A stretch of DNA of 64,000 nucleotides. Source: Solirubrobacteraceae bacterium (GTDB taxonomy: Bacteria; Actinomycetota; Thermoleophilia; Solirubrobacterales; Solirubrobacteraceae). The stretch spans positions 37,768 to 101,767 of the forward strand of contig CBDAPW010000002.1 in NCBI GenBank assembly GCA_965198695.1. The letters are read 5' to 3'. How positions within the stretch are numbered: position 1 is the stretch's first letter; each line of letters starts with the position of its first letter. The position numbers and the translations under genes were made by a program. The notes under the pieces are model-generated. The model searched no databases, was not told where the DNA came from, and saw only the letters and a program-made list of their open reading frames with translations. This document shows positions 26,909-35,805 of this stretch, one piece after another.

Positions 26909-28075
26909 TCAGAACGTCGCGGTGGCCGGCAGTCCCGCGTAGTTCTCCGCCAGGCTCAGCGCCGCGGCATGGGAGCGGGAGAGGTAGTCCAGGCGTGAGA
27001 GCTGCAGGCGGCTCTGGAACTCACCCGCGCCGAGGTCATGCAGCATCTGGGTCATGTAGTTGGAGAACTCCTCCGCTCGCCACACCCGCTGCTGGGCGTG
27101 GGCGCTGTAGCCGGCCAGCCCGGCGTCATCCCCGGACCCGTAGTGCGCCTGGAGGGCGGCGGCGAGCAGCCGCACGTCGTTGATGGCCAGGTTCATGCCC
27201 TTGGCGCCGGTCGGGGGCACGATGTGGGCGGCGTCGCCGGCGAGGTGCAGGCGGCCGTAGCTGAACGGCGTGGCCACGAAGCTGCGCATCGGGGTGATGC
27301 CCCGCTCGAAGATCTCCCCACGGTTGACGCCGCCGAGGCGGACGTCGAGCTCATCCCAGATGCGATCGTCGGGCCAGTCCGCGAGGTCGGTGTCGTTCGG
27401 GACCTGGAGGTAGAGGCGGCTCACGCTGGGCGAGCGCATGGAGTACAGGGCGAAGCCGCGCTCGTGCCAGGCGTACATCAGCTCCCGCGGCTCGGCGTGG
27501 GCGAGGATGCCCAGCCAGCTGAAGGGATAGACGTACTCGTACTCGGTGATCGCGCCGGCGGGCACCGCCGCACGGCACACGCCGTGGAAGCCGTCACAGC
27601 CGGCGAGGAAGTCACAGCTCAGCTCGTGCTCGGCACCGTCGTGGCGGTAGGTGATGCGCGGAGTCGTCTCGAGGTCGCTGACGGCGGTGTCCTCCACGCC
27701 GAAGTGGATCGGCACCCCGCGGTCAAGCAGCGCGGCGATCTCGTCCTTGACCACCTCCTGCTGGCCGTAGATCATGATTCGCCGGCCGGTGAGCTCGGTC
27801 ACGTCGATGTGGATCTCGCGCTCGGCGAAGCGCAGGTACACCCCGCTGTGATCGATGCCCTCGCGGTCGAGGCGTTCGGCCACGTCGAGTGCGTGCAGCA
27901 GGTCGATGGTGTTCTGCTCGAGCAGGCCGGCGCGCACGCGACCCTCGACGTACTCACGCTCGCGGCCCTCGAGCACCACGCAGTCGATGCCCGCCTTGTG
28001 CAACAGCAGCGCGAGGGTGAGGCCGGCGGGACCGGCCCCGACGATCGCCACCTGGGTGTGGGCGCGCTCGGTCAT
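26909..28075 (-). CDS. pobA: 4-hydroxybenzoate 3-monooxygenase
   Basis: RVRAGLLEQ, ELMYAWHERGFAL, GDAAHIVPPTGAKGMNLA, AENYAGLP. Start ATG 28075. Confidence 0.92.
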   Translation of the reverse strand: MTERAHTQVAIVGAGPAGLTLALLLHKAGIDCVVLEGREREYVEGRVRAGLLEQNTIDLLHALDVAERLDREGIDHSGVYLRFAEREIHIDVTELTGRRIMIYGQQEVVKDEIAALLDRGVPIHFGVEDTAVSDLETTPRITYRHDGAEHELSCDFLAGCDGFHGVCRAAVPAGAITEYEYVYPFSWLGILAHAEPRELMYAWHERGFALYSMRSPSVSRLYLQVPNDTDLADWPDDRIWDELDVRLGGVNRGEIFERGITPMRSFVATPFSYGRLHLAGDAAHIVPPTGAKGMNLAINDVRLLAAALQAHYGSGDDAGLAGYSAHAQQRVWRAEEFSNYMTQMLHDLGAGEFQSRLQLSRLDYLSRSHAAALSLAENYAGLPATATF

Positions 28076-28353
28076 CGCGCCTCCTGGGGGTGCTGGGCCA
28101 GCGCCTCGACGTGGACGTCGGTGTAGGGCCACATGGGGAGGGAGACGAGCAGGTCGTGCAGCTCGGTGGCGTCGCTCGCCTCGTACAGCCCCACCGTGGC
28201 GTTGCGTCCCGGCACGCGCCACAGGCGCTTGAGGTGGCCCGCGGCGCGCAGCTCCATCGCCCGCTCGCGCTCGCCGGCGCGCAGTTGGCGGATCTCCTCC
28301 GCGTCGATCCGCGTGGCGGCGTGATTCTCGGTCCGAACCAGGAACTCGGCCAT
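28072..28353 (-). CDS. Muconolactone delta-isomerase family protein
   Basis: EFLV...ERERAMELRAAGHLKRLWRVPG...ELHDLLVSLPMWPYTDVHVEALAQHP, 93 aa. Confidence 0.85.
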   Translation of the reverse strand: MAEFLVRTENHAATRIDAEEIRQLRAGERERAMELRAAGHLKRLWRVPGRNATVGLYEASDATELHDLLVSLPMWPYTDVHVEALAQHPQEAR

Positions 28354-28355
28354 GG

Positions 28356-29072
28356 TCAGTCTCCTCTCGTCATCGACAGTTCGTCCAACCGCTTGGCCAG
28401 GGGACCCGCGGCGGTGGTCATGGCCTGATGGCCGGTGCTCAGCTCCGACACCGGCCAGCCCCGGGCCTGGGCCTTCTCGCGCTGGGGGCGGAACACGCGC
28501 ATCCAGTCCACGCACTCGATGTAGGCCGACGCGATGGTGAGGGACTCAGGCGTCACCCGCGCCGGCTCGTTGAAGGTCCGGTAGGGGTGGGGCACCATCA
28601 GCTGGGTCAGCCAGGCGACGTCCGCCGGGTCGGTGACCCCGAGCACCTCGAGTCCGCGCGGCGGGATCAGCCAGCCGAAGCCACGCTCGTGCACCGACTC
28701 CGCGTAGTGATGGGCGATCTGGGGCGGCTGCTCCTCGGTGGCGGACTGGCCGTCGTCGGGCAGGAACGCGTCGAGGTAGACGAGCTGGGCGATCAGGTCC
28801 GGGCGGGCGCTGGCCACCCCCGCGATGACCTGTCCGCCGTAGCTGTGGCCGACCAGGGTCACCTCGGCGAGGCGCTCGTTGGCCAGCACCGCCAGCACAT
28901 CCGCGACGTGGGTGGACAGGCTCACCTCGGGGCTGAGCAGGTGGGCGCGCTCTCCCAGGCCGGTCAGCGTGGGGGCGAACACCGCGTGGCCGGACGCGCG
29001 CAGGCGCGGGATCACCCGCCCCCAGCTCCAGCCGCCCTGCCACGCCCCGGCGACGAGCACGAAGGTGCTCAC
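28356..29072 (-). CDS. Alpha/beta hydrolase (methylesterase/EstC-like)
   Basis: GAWQGGWSW, GHSYGG nucleophile elbow, YLDA, TGHQAM. GTG 29072 overlaps the upstream stop. Confidence 0.9.
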   Translation of the reverse strand: MSTFVLVAGAWQGGWSWGRVIPRLRASGHAVFAPTLTGLGERAHLLSPEVSLSTHVADVLAVLANERLAEVTLVGHSYGGQVIAGVASARPDLIAQLVYLDAFLPDDGQSATEEQPPQIAHHYAESVHERGFGWLIPPRGLEVLGVTDPADVAWLTQLMVPHPYRTFNEPARVTPESLTIASAYIECVDWMRVFRPQREKAQARGWPVSELSTGHQAMTTAAGPLAKRLDELSMTRGD

Positions 29073-30088
29073 GCGGGCTCCCCCGCCCACAGCGCGAAGG
29101 CCAATCCGATTCCGGTTCCCGCCGGCGTCCGGTAGACGGGCACGTATTCGTCCCAGCGCACCGGCAGGTCCACGCAGGCCCCGGCGGTGGCGATCCAGTT
29201 GCGGATCTCCGAGCTGCCCCCGTTGAGGAGGGCCGGGTCGATCGTCCTCAGCGCCTCGGCGTCGGAGCTGCGACACGCCTCGAGCACGCGCCGGTCGAGC
29301 GCCTCGTCGGTGGTGAAGTGACTCAGGCCGCCGGAGGCGACCACCGCCACGCGCAGATCCTCCGGATAGGACTCGACGGCACGGCGGATGGCCAGGCCGA
29401 GGTCGTAGCTGCGCGGGACGGTCGGCTGATTCGGCGGCCAGTAGGTGTTGACGAGGACAGGGATCTGGGGAATGGCCCCGGGCCGACCCATCAGCTGGGT
29501 CTCCATGATCCCGAAGGAGTGCCCGAGGCCGGTGACGCCGTCGTCGGGGACGTCGGAGACCGCCGTGATGTCGAAGCCCTGGCGCACCAGGTCGCCCACG
29601 AGGTGGGTGCCGAGCCCGGCGTGACCGGGGAAGGTGTGGCGGGCGTCCATCGCGTATCCGGCCATCATCGGGCTGACGTCACCGAGCACCTGCTCGTAGC
29701 TGGCGAAGCGCATCGAGGTGCCCATGGTGAGCGTGGCCCCGTGGTAGATCGCCAGGGCGGGCACGTTGGAGTGGCTGAGCAGCTCCTCCTGGTCGTCACC
29801 GAAGGTGATGAGGACGTCGGGCTCCAGCGCCGCCAGGTCTGCCCGCAGACGCGCCACGGCGCTCACCACCTGCTCGATCTGGTGTCCGAGATGTTCGGGC
29901 GTCGCTTGGTCGGCGTGGTCGTTGCCCTGGATCTGCTCCAGCTCCGCGTAGGTGACGGGCCGGCCGGCCTTGTCCCGCAGGTGCGGGTTGGCCCGGTCGA
30001 TCGCGTCGTGGGCGAGCCACAGCTCCGACTCGGGGGTGACCACCAGTGAGCTGTGCGACATGCCGACGCCAGCCACGATCTTTGCCAT
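29069..30088 (-). CDS. Class III (LigB superfamily) extradiol dioxygenase, LigZ-like
   Basis: GMSH, FGDDQ, GHSFG, VLVNTYWPPNQPT, ASGGLSHF, SEIRNWI, YVPVYRTPAGTG. Confidence 0.88.
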   Translation of the reverse strand: MAKIVAGVGMSHSSLVVTPESELWLAHDAIDRANPHLRDKAGRPVTYAELEQIQGNDHADQATPEHLGHQIEQVVSAVARLRADLAALEPDVLITFGDDQEELLSHSNVPALAIYHGATLTMGTSMRFASYEQVLGDVSPMMAGYAMDARHTFPGHAGLGTHLVGDLVRQGFDITAVSDVPDDGVTGLGHSFGIMETQLMGRPGAIPQIPVLVNTYWPPNQPTVPRSYDLGLAIRRAVESYPEDLRVAVVASGGLSHFTTDEALDRRVLEACRSSDAEALRTIDPALLNGGSSEIRNWIATAGACVDLPVRWDEYVPVYRTPAGTGIGLAFALWAGEPA

Positions 30089-30116
30089 TCATCTCTCCTC
30101 TACTCGGCAGACCTCT

Positions 30117-30138
30117 GTATGTACATACTTACATACTT
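30117..30138. promoter_or_regulatory. PadR box ATGT-N8-ACAT within palindrome/tandem repeat
   Basis: ATGT(30119-22)-ACATACTT-ACAT(30131-34), GTATGTACATAC palindrome, ACATACTT x2. Confidence 0.7.
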
Positions 30139-30164
30139 ACGGGCCATGCAATACCGTGAGGCCC

Positions 30165-30776
30165 GTGAACCTGCGCTTCGCGTTGCTGGCGATCCTCTCG
30201 GCTGCCCCGCGCACCGGGTATGACCTGCTCCAGATCTTCGATGCGTCCGTCGGCTTCGTCTGGCACGCGCCCCACACCCAGATCTATCCCGAGCTGCGGC
30301 GCATGGAAGCGGAGGGGCTTCTGGCCAGCACGGAGATCCCGCGCGGGCCCAAGGCCAGCAAGCGTGAGTACCGGATCACCGACGCGGGCCTGGCGGAGCT
30401 GCGCCGGCTGGCCTCCACGCCGGTCGAGCCGCCGCGCGAGAAGGACGCCTACCGGCTCAAGGCGGCGTACCTCGAGTTCGCGGACCCCGACGGCGCCCGC
30501 GCCCAGTTCGAGTTGCACATCGCCCACTACGAGCACTGGCTGGCGGTCTGGCGCCAGACCGCCGAGGCCATCGGCACCGGCGTCGATCCGGTGGTGAACC
30601 AACGCCTGGAGAACCGACCCCCGGAGGAGCACGAGCTCGCGGTGGCCGCGAAGGTGTTCGCCTACGAGGGGCTGATCGCCCGGGCGCAGTTCGAGGTCGC
30701 CTGGGCCCGACGCGGGCTCGAGCTGCTCGACCGGCTCGGCGCCGAGACGGGGCAGACCCCCGCCTCGGCCTCCTGA
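30165..30776 (+). CDS. PadR family regulator (subfamily 1, with C-terminal domain)
   Basis: LRFALLAIL..RTGYDL..SVGFVWHAPHTQIYPELRRM..KREYRIT..G. Confidence 0.93.
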   Translation: MNLRFALLAILSAAPRTGYDLLQIFDASVGFVWHAPHTQIYPELRRMEAEGLLASTEIPRGPKASKREYRITDAGLAELRRLASTPVEPPREKDAYRLKAAYLEFADPDGARAQFELHIAHYEHWLAVWRQTAEAIGTGVDPVVNQRLENRPPEEHELAVAAKVFAYEGLIARAQFEVAWARRGLELLDRLGAETGQTPASAS

Positions 30777-30788
30777 GCCGGGCCACGC

Positions 30789-31937
30789 TCAGGCGTCGAT
30801 GGCGCCCCACACGTCGGTGGCGACCTCGACGAGCAGCTCCAGCTTGGCCTTCTCGTCGTCGATGCTCAGGTGGTTGCCCTCCTCGGTGGAGGCGAAGCCG
30901 CACTGGCCCGAGATGCACAGCTGGTCGATGTCGACGTACTGGGCAGCCTCGTCGATGCGCCGCTTGAGCAGCTCCTTGTCCTCGAGCTCGGGGCGCTTGG
31001 TGGTGACGATGCCGAGCACCACCATCTTCCCCTTGGGGACGAAGCGCAGCGGCTCGAAGCTGCCCGAGCGGGCGTCGTCGAACTCGAGGTAGTAGGCGTC
31101 GACGGCCAGGTCGTTGAACAGCGCCTCGGCCACGAAGTCATAGCCGCCCTCGGCCGCCCACATCGACTGGTTGTTGCCGCGGCACAGGTGGGTGCCGATG
31201 CGCATGTCCTCGGGGCGGTCCCCGATCGCCCGGTTGATCACCGAGATGTAGTGCTCGTGGAGATGGTCGGGATCCCCGCCGATGGCGGCGATGTGCTCGC
31301 GCTGGGCGGGATCGTTGACGTAGGCGAGGCTGGTGTCGTCGAGCTGGAGGAAGCGACAGCCGAGGTCATAGACGCCGCGCATCTGCTTGGCGTAGGCGGC
31401 GGCCAGGTCGTCCCAGAACACGCTGATGTCGGGGTAGACGGAGGGGTCGATGGAGGAGTTGCCGCCGCGGTAGTGGACCATGCTCGGTGACGGGTCCGTC
31501 AGCTTGGCCACCTCGCCCGGCTCGAGATGATCGCGGACGAAGCTGAAGTCGTCGGCGAAGATCGTCTGATCGATGCCGATCCGGCCGTCGACCCGCATGG
31601 CCGGCGGGGCGTAGTCGTACTCGCCCTCGTCGCTCTTGAACTGCACGTGCAGCGACTCGCCGGAGACCTGGTGGACGCCCTGGAGCTGGTAGATGAAGTC
31701 CATGTGCCAGGAGGTGCGCCGGAACTCGCCGTCGGTGATCGTGCGGATCCCGGCGGCGCGCTGGAGCGCGATGACGTCGAGGATGGCCTGGTCCTCGACG
31801 GCCTTCAACGCTGCCCGGTCGATCTTCTGCGCCTTGAAGTCGGCGCGGGCCTGGTGGAGTTCGGGCGGGCGCAGCAGGCTGCCGACGTGGTCGGCGCGGA
31901 ACGGGGGATAGGTGCGGGTGTGGGTGGTGGTGCTCAT
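30789..31937 (-). CDS. Cobalamin-independent methionine synthase catalytic-domain-only protein (YxjG/H-like)
   Basis: PPFRADHVGSLLRP, TDGEFRR, zinc ligands HLCRGN, EFD, CGFAS. 382 aa, half the size of MetE. Confidence 0.88.
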   Translation of the reverse strand: MSTTTHTRTYPPFRADHVGSLLRPPELHQARADFKAQKIDRAALKAVEDQAILDVIALQRAAGIRTITDGEFRRTSWHMDFIYQLQGVHQVSGESLHVQFKSDEGEYDYAPPAMRVDGRIGIDQTIFADDFSFVRDHLEPGEVAKLTDPSPSMVHYRGGNSSIDPSVYPDISVFWDDLAAAYAKQMRGVYDLGCRFLQLDDTSLAYVNDPAQREHIAAIGGDPDHLHEHYISVINRAIGDRPEDMRIGTHLCRGNNQSMWAAEGGYDFVAEALFNDLAVDAYYLEFDDARSGSFEPLRFVPKGKMVVLGIVTTKRPELEDKELLKRRIDEAAQYVDIDQLCISGQCGFASTEEGNHLSIDDEKAKLELLVEVATDVWGAIDA

Positions 31938-31967
31938 GATTCCTCTCTCAGAAGACTTCTCAATGAT

Positions 31968-32016
31968 GACTCGGGGAAAGAAATGTGTCCCTACGACGCA
32001 TTTCTCGCCCCGAGTC
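31968..32016. terminator. Long hairpin (about 20-bp stem) between the disulfide reductase and metE-core genes
   Basis: GACTCGGGG-AA-AGAAATGTGTC-CCTAC-GACGCATTTCT-CG-CCCCGAGTC. Confidence 0.6.
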
Positions 32017-32024
32017 GGGGTCGC

Positions 32025-33505
32025 CTACTGCCAGGCGGAGACGGGCCGCTGCTCGAGCAGCCGCAGCCAGACCTCCGACACCGTCGGGTAGGACGGGACG
32101 GCGTGCCAGAGATCCTCCAGCGTGACCTTGCCGATGATGGCCGTGGTGGCCGAGTGCAGCAGCTCCTGGACGTCGGAGCCGACGAAGGTGGCGCCGACGA
32201 GCGTGTCGCTGGCCGAATCGATCACCAGCTTGGCCCGGCCCACGTAGTCATCGCGCAGCAGGCTCGAGCCGGCCACGGCGGCGAGGTCGTACTCGAGGGC
32301 CTCCACGTTGATGCCGCGCTCACGCGCCTGGGCCTCGGTCAGTCCCACGGTGGCGACCTGGGGATCGGTGAAGATCACGCCGGGGACGATGGCTCCGTCG
32401 GCGCGGTCGGTGTAGTGCGAGCCGTCGGTGGGCCGCCCCTCGGCGCGGGCGCCGATCACCGCTCCGGCGATCCGGGCCTGGTACTTGCCCATGTGGGTGA
32501 GCAGGGCGCGGCCGGTGATGTCGCCCACGGCGTAGAGCCAGTCCTCGGCCCCGATCACCGCGAGGTGGTCGTCGGTGCTGACGAAGCCGTGGCTGGCGGC
32601 GGTGTCGATGCCGAACTGATCGAGACCCAGGCTGGCCGAGTTCGCCCCCGGCCGGCGGCGACGACGATCTCGTCGACCTCCAGGGTCTGCCCGCCAGCGC
32701 TGATGGTCACCGGGCCGCCGTGGATGTGGCCGATGCCGGTGTCGCTGGCGCCCTCCCGGCTGACCCCCTGCGTCTCGGTGCCGGTGAGCACGGTGATGCC
32801 GAGCTCGCCGAAGCGCTCGGTGATGATGTCGGACACAAAGGGCTCGCGGCCGCCCAGCAGGCCGTCCTCGCGGACGATCAGCGTCACCTGCGCGCCGAGG
32901 CCGTTGAACCAGGTGGCGGCCTCACAGGCGACCACGCCGCCGCCGATGATCGCCACCCGCGCCGGGACCTCGGTCAGGTTGGTGGCGTCGCGGGAGGTCC
33001 ACGGCAGCGCCTCGGCCAGGCCCGACACCGGCGGGATGCTGGCCACGGTTCCCGTGGCGAGCACCACGGCTTGGCGTGCGGCGATGAGTTGGGTCCCACC
33101 GGCGTTGAGCGCGACCTCGACGAGCTTGGGTCCGGCCAGGCGTCCGGCGCCGCGGACGACGTCGATGTTCGCCCCGGTCGCCCACTTCACCTGGCTGGAG
33201 TCGTCCCGGTTGTGAGTGAACTGGTCCCGCCGGGCGAGCACCTTGGCCACGTCGATCGGCCCGGTCGGCGCCGAGCCGGGCAGCGCGCCCACCGTGTCGT
33301 GGATCTCCACCGGGTGCAGCAGCGCCTTGGAGGGCATGCAGGCCCAGTAGGAGCACTCGCCGCCGACCAGCTCGGCCTCGATCATCACCGCGGTGCGCTC
33401 GGAGCCCTGGATCGCGTACTGGGCGACGTTCTCACCCGGGGGGCCACCGCCGATCACGACGACGTCGTAGGTGATATCCGGCTGGGCCTGGCTGGCGGTG
33501 GTCAA
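32025..33505 (-). pseudogene. Class I pyridine nucleotide-disulfide oxidoreductase with a 1-nt frameshift near 32645 (pseudogene or sequencing error)
   Basis: GGECSYWACMPSK, GGGVVA. Frame resumes as NSASLGLDQFG...YAVGD...VIFTDPQ...YPTVSE. Span 1481 nt = 3n+2. Confidence 0.8.
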
Positions 33506-33544
33506 CGTCTCGAGCTCCTTGTCATCGGTTCTGGCACACAGTGT

Positions 33545-35152
33545 CTACCCCTTGGTGCGCACATAGACATACGTCGGCCAGGACCGCAGGTCCGCGGGTG
33601 GGCGCAGGCGCAGGCGCGTGATGGCGCCGGGCAACAGGCGGAAGTCCCGGGCCAGCTGGGGGGCGAGCCAGGTGGGGGGCGGCTCGGCGTCGAGCACCAC
33701 GGCTTCGACATGGTCGCGGTTGAGCGAGCCGACCAGCGCGCGGTTGAGTTCGGTCCGCCCGCGGGCGCTCTTGGAGCGCAGGATCTCCTGGAGGCCGTCG
33801 GCCTGGGCGAAGCTGCCCTTGCCGGCCAGGGTCCCGTACCAGGGATGGCGCAGGACGAGGACGGGTCCGGGCAGCTTGCGCAGGGCGGTCTCCAGCTCGG
33901 TCCCCGCGCGTCGGTCCTCGGTGGTGGGGATCGCCCGGTTCGGGTATTCGTGCCGGATCAGCGACACGGTCTGGAGAGCGACCAGGGCGGTGGCCAGCGC
34001 CACCCCGAGCAGGCCGCCGCGGCGGTGGAGCAGGCCGAAGGCGCAGCCGCCGATCCCCGCACACGCCACGTACCCGGGCATCAGCGTGTTGAGGTAGCTG
34101 CCGGAGTGGATGACCGACACCCAGGCGGCGACGAGCAGGCCGATGGCGGCGGCGAGGTCGTACCAGAAGGGCCAGGCCAGCACGTCTGAGATCACCGACC
34201 GGGTCGACGCGGAGCGGCCCCGCGTGTGCCCGCCGTCCGCCGCGGTTCCGTGGGCTCCCGCGTCCCGCCGCTCGCCCCGCGCGCGGAGCAGGAACACCGC
34301 CGCCCCGGCCAGCAGACCGAGCGCGGCCAACAGGGTCAGCCAGTGCAGGTGGTGATAGAGCGACATGCGCCAGAACCCCACATACTCCTTCTGCACCGAG
34401 GGCTGGCCGGCCAGTTCGCTGACGATGTAGTAGCGGTACCACCCATGGGTCAGGGCGTCGAGGATCAGCGTCGAGGCTCCGCCCAGCACCGCCAGGGTGA
34501 CGAGTGCCGACACCATCGCCCGCGGGCGGGCGAACACCGCGGCGACCAGGGCCGGGGCGACGGCGATGAGGCCGACCTGCTTGGTGAAGAACGCAAGGAA
34601 GCCGACGATCCCCACGAGGATCCCCGCCCCGACTCCCTCGGCGCGGCGTCCCAACCACAGCGCGAGCAGGGACAGGGCCAGGTACATCGAGTCGAGGCGC
34701 CCGACGTCGAAGAACCAGCCGGTCAGCCCGTACATGGCGCCGAACAGGCCCACGGCGACCACGCCGGCGATCCAGTCGCGGCTGGCGTGGCGCACGTAGA
34801 GGAACAGCGCGCCGAAGCTCACCAGCGAGAAGCACCCCGAGACGATCCGCAGCGGCAGGAAACCCAGGCCGGTGATCTCGGCGACCGCCGCGGAGAGGTA
34901 GGAGAACAGCGGCGTGTAGGTGAAGCCGGCGTAACGCAGGTTCGGCGCCGCGTACAGCGACTGGCCGTGCATGACCCGGCCGACCAGCTCCACCGTGCCG
35001 CCCTCGAGCCAGTCGAGCTCGTAGGGATAGCCGATTCGGTGTCCAGCCACCCACAGGTAGATCGCCACCGGAACGGCGGCGATGACCAGCGAGAGTCCTG
35101 CGATCAGCTTGGCGAGTTCGCGCCCAGGCGCGCGAACCAGCGCTCGCCGCAT
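33545..35152 (-). CDS. Polytopic membrane glycosyltransferase (GT-C, ArnT/PMT-like)
   Basis: YPYELDWLEG..YTPLF, GRLDS, FFTKQ, many TM helices. Start ATG 35152. Confidence 0.7.
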   Translation of the reverse strand: MRRALVRAPGRELAKLIAGLSLVIAAVPVAIYLWVAGHRIGYPYELDWLEGGTVELVGRVMHGQSLYAAPNLRYAGFTYTPLFSYLSAAVAEITGLGFLPLRIVSGCFSLVSFGALFLYVRHASRDWIAGVVAVGLFGAMYGLTGWFFDVGRLDSMYLALSLLALWLGRRAEGVGAGILVGIVGFLAFFTKQVGLIAVAPALVAAVFARPRAMVSALVTLAVLGGASTLILDALTHGWYRYYIVSELAGQPSVQKEYVGFWRMSLYHHLHWLTLLAALGLLAGAAVFLLRARGERRDAGAHGTAADGGHTRGRSASTRSVISDVLAWPFWYDLAAAIGLLVAAWVSVIHSGSYLNTLMPGYVACAGIGGCAFGLLHRRGGLLGVALATALVALQTVSLIRHEYPNRAIPTTEDRRAGTELETALRKLPGPVLVLRHPWYGTLAGKGSFAQADGLQEILRSKSARGRTELNRALVGSLNRDHVEAVVLDAEPPPTWLAPQLARDFRLLPGAITRLRLRPPADLRSWPTYVYVRTKG

Positions 35153-35805
35153 TGCCACTTCGCTTCGACTGACAGGCCGGCGAGCTCGGCGATCGCGGCG
35201 ATCTCGGAGACCGACACGCGGGCCCAGGGGAACCACACGCTGACGTCGCTGTCGCTCTCGATCCGGGCCAACGTGGTGCGGGTGTCGGTGCCGGGTGCCT
35301 CCAGCTCGGCCAGGACCGTCCCATCGTGGCGCAGCAGCGAGCGCAGGCGCGAGAGCAGCCGCTTGGGTTGGCCGCCGATGCCGATGTTGCCGTCCAGCAG
35401 CAGCGTGGTCGCCCACTCCCCGGCGCCCGGCACCTCGCCGAACACGTCGCCGACCACCGCATGGGCGCCGCGCCGACAGGCGTACTCGACGGCCACCGGG
35501 CTGAGGTCGACCCCGAGCGCGTAGACGCCCCGGGTGCTCAGCGCGTGAAGATGACGTCCCGGCCCACAGCCGACATCGAGCACCGGTCCGGCGATGCCGT
35601 CGAGCAGCTCGTGGTCATAGAGGTCCGCGTTGGCCATGAAGCGCCCGACCGCCAGCGGGGCCAGGGAGCCGTCGGCGAAGCGCACCTGCATCGGCCCCTG
35701 GACATCGCGGTCACTCAGCGTGGCGGGGGCGTTGACGACGCCGGCCCGGCCGAGCGCGTCAATACCCGCCAGTGCCTGCTCATAGAGCTCGAGTGGACTC
35801 CTCAT
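35104..35805 (-). CDS. Class I SAM-dependent methyltransferase
   Basis: VLDVGCGPGRH, GVDLSP, LLLDGNIGIGG, WFPWARV. Confidence 0.9.
   Translation of the reverse strand: MRSPLELYEQALAGIDALGRAGVVNAPATLSDRDVQGPMQVRFADGSLAPLAVGRFMANADLYDHELLDGIAGPVLDVGCGPGRHLHALSTRGVYALGVDLSPVAVEYACRRGAHAVVGDVFGEVPGAGEWATTLLLDGNIGIGGQPKRLLSRLRSLLRHDGTVLAELEAPGTDTRTTLARIESDSDVSVWFPWARVSVSEIAAIAELAGLSVEAKWQCGERWFARLGANSPS

Noticed and set aside
29069-30088. Assigning gene symbol ligZ or ligB
   Set aside because: The similarity is from remembered motifs only. Substrate is unproven and no partner lig genes are present
31938-32024. SAM or cobalamin riboswitch upstream of the metE-core gene
   Set aside because: A single simple hairpin in 87 nt, with none of the conserved riboswitch cores recognisable
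32025-33505. Calling this lpdA, merA or mycothione reductase
   Set aside because: The active-site hexapeptide (CSYWAC) and YPT C-terminus do not match those enzymes, and there is no MerA C-terminal Cys pair
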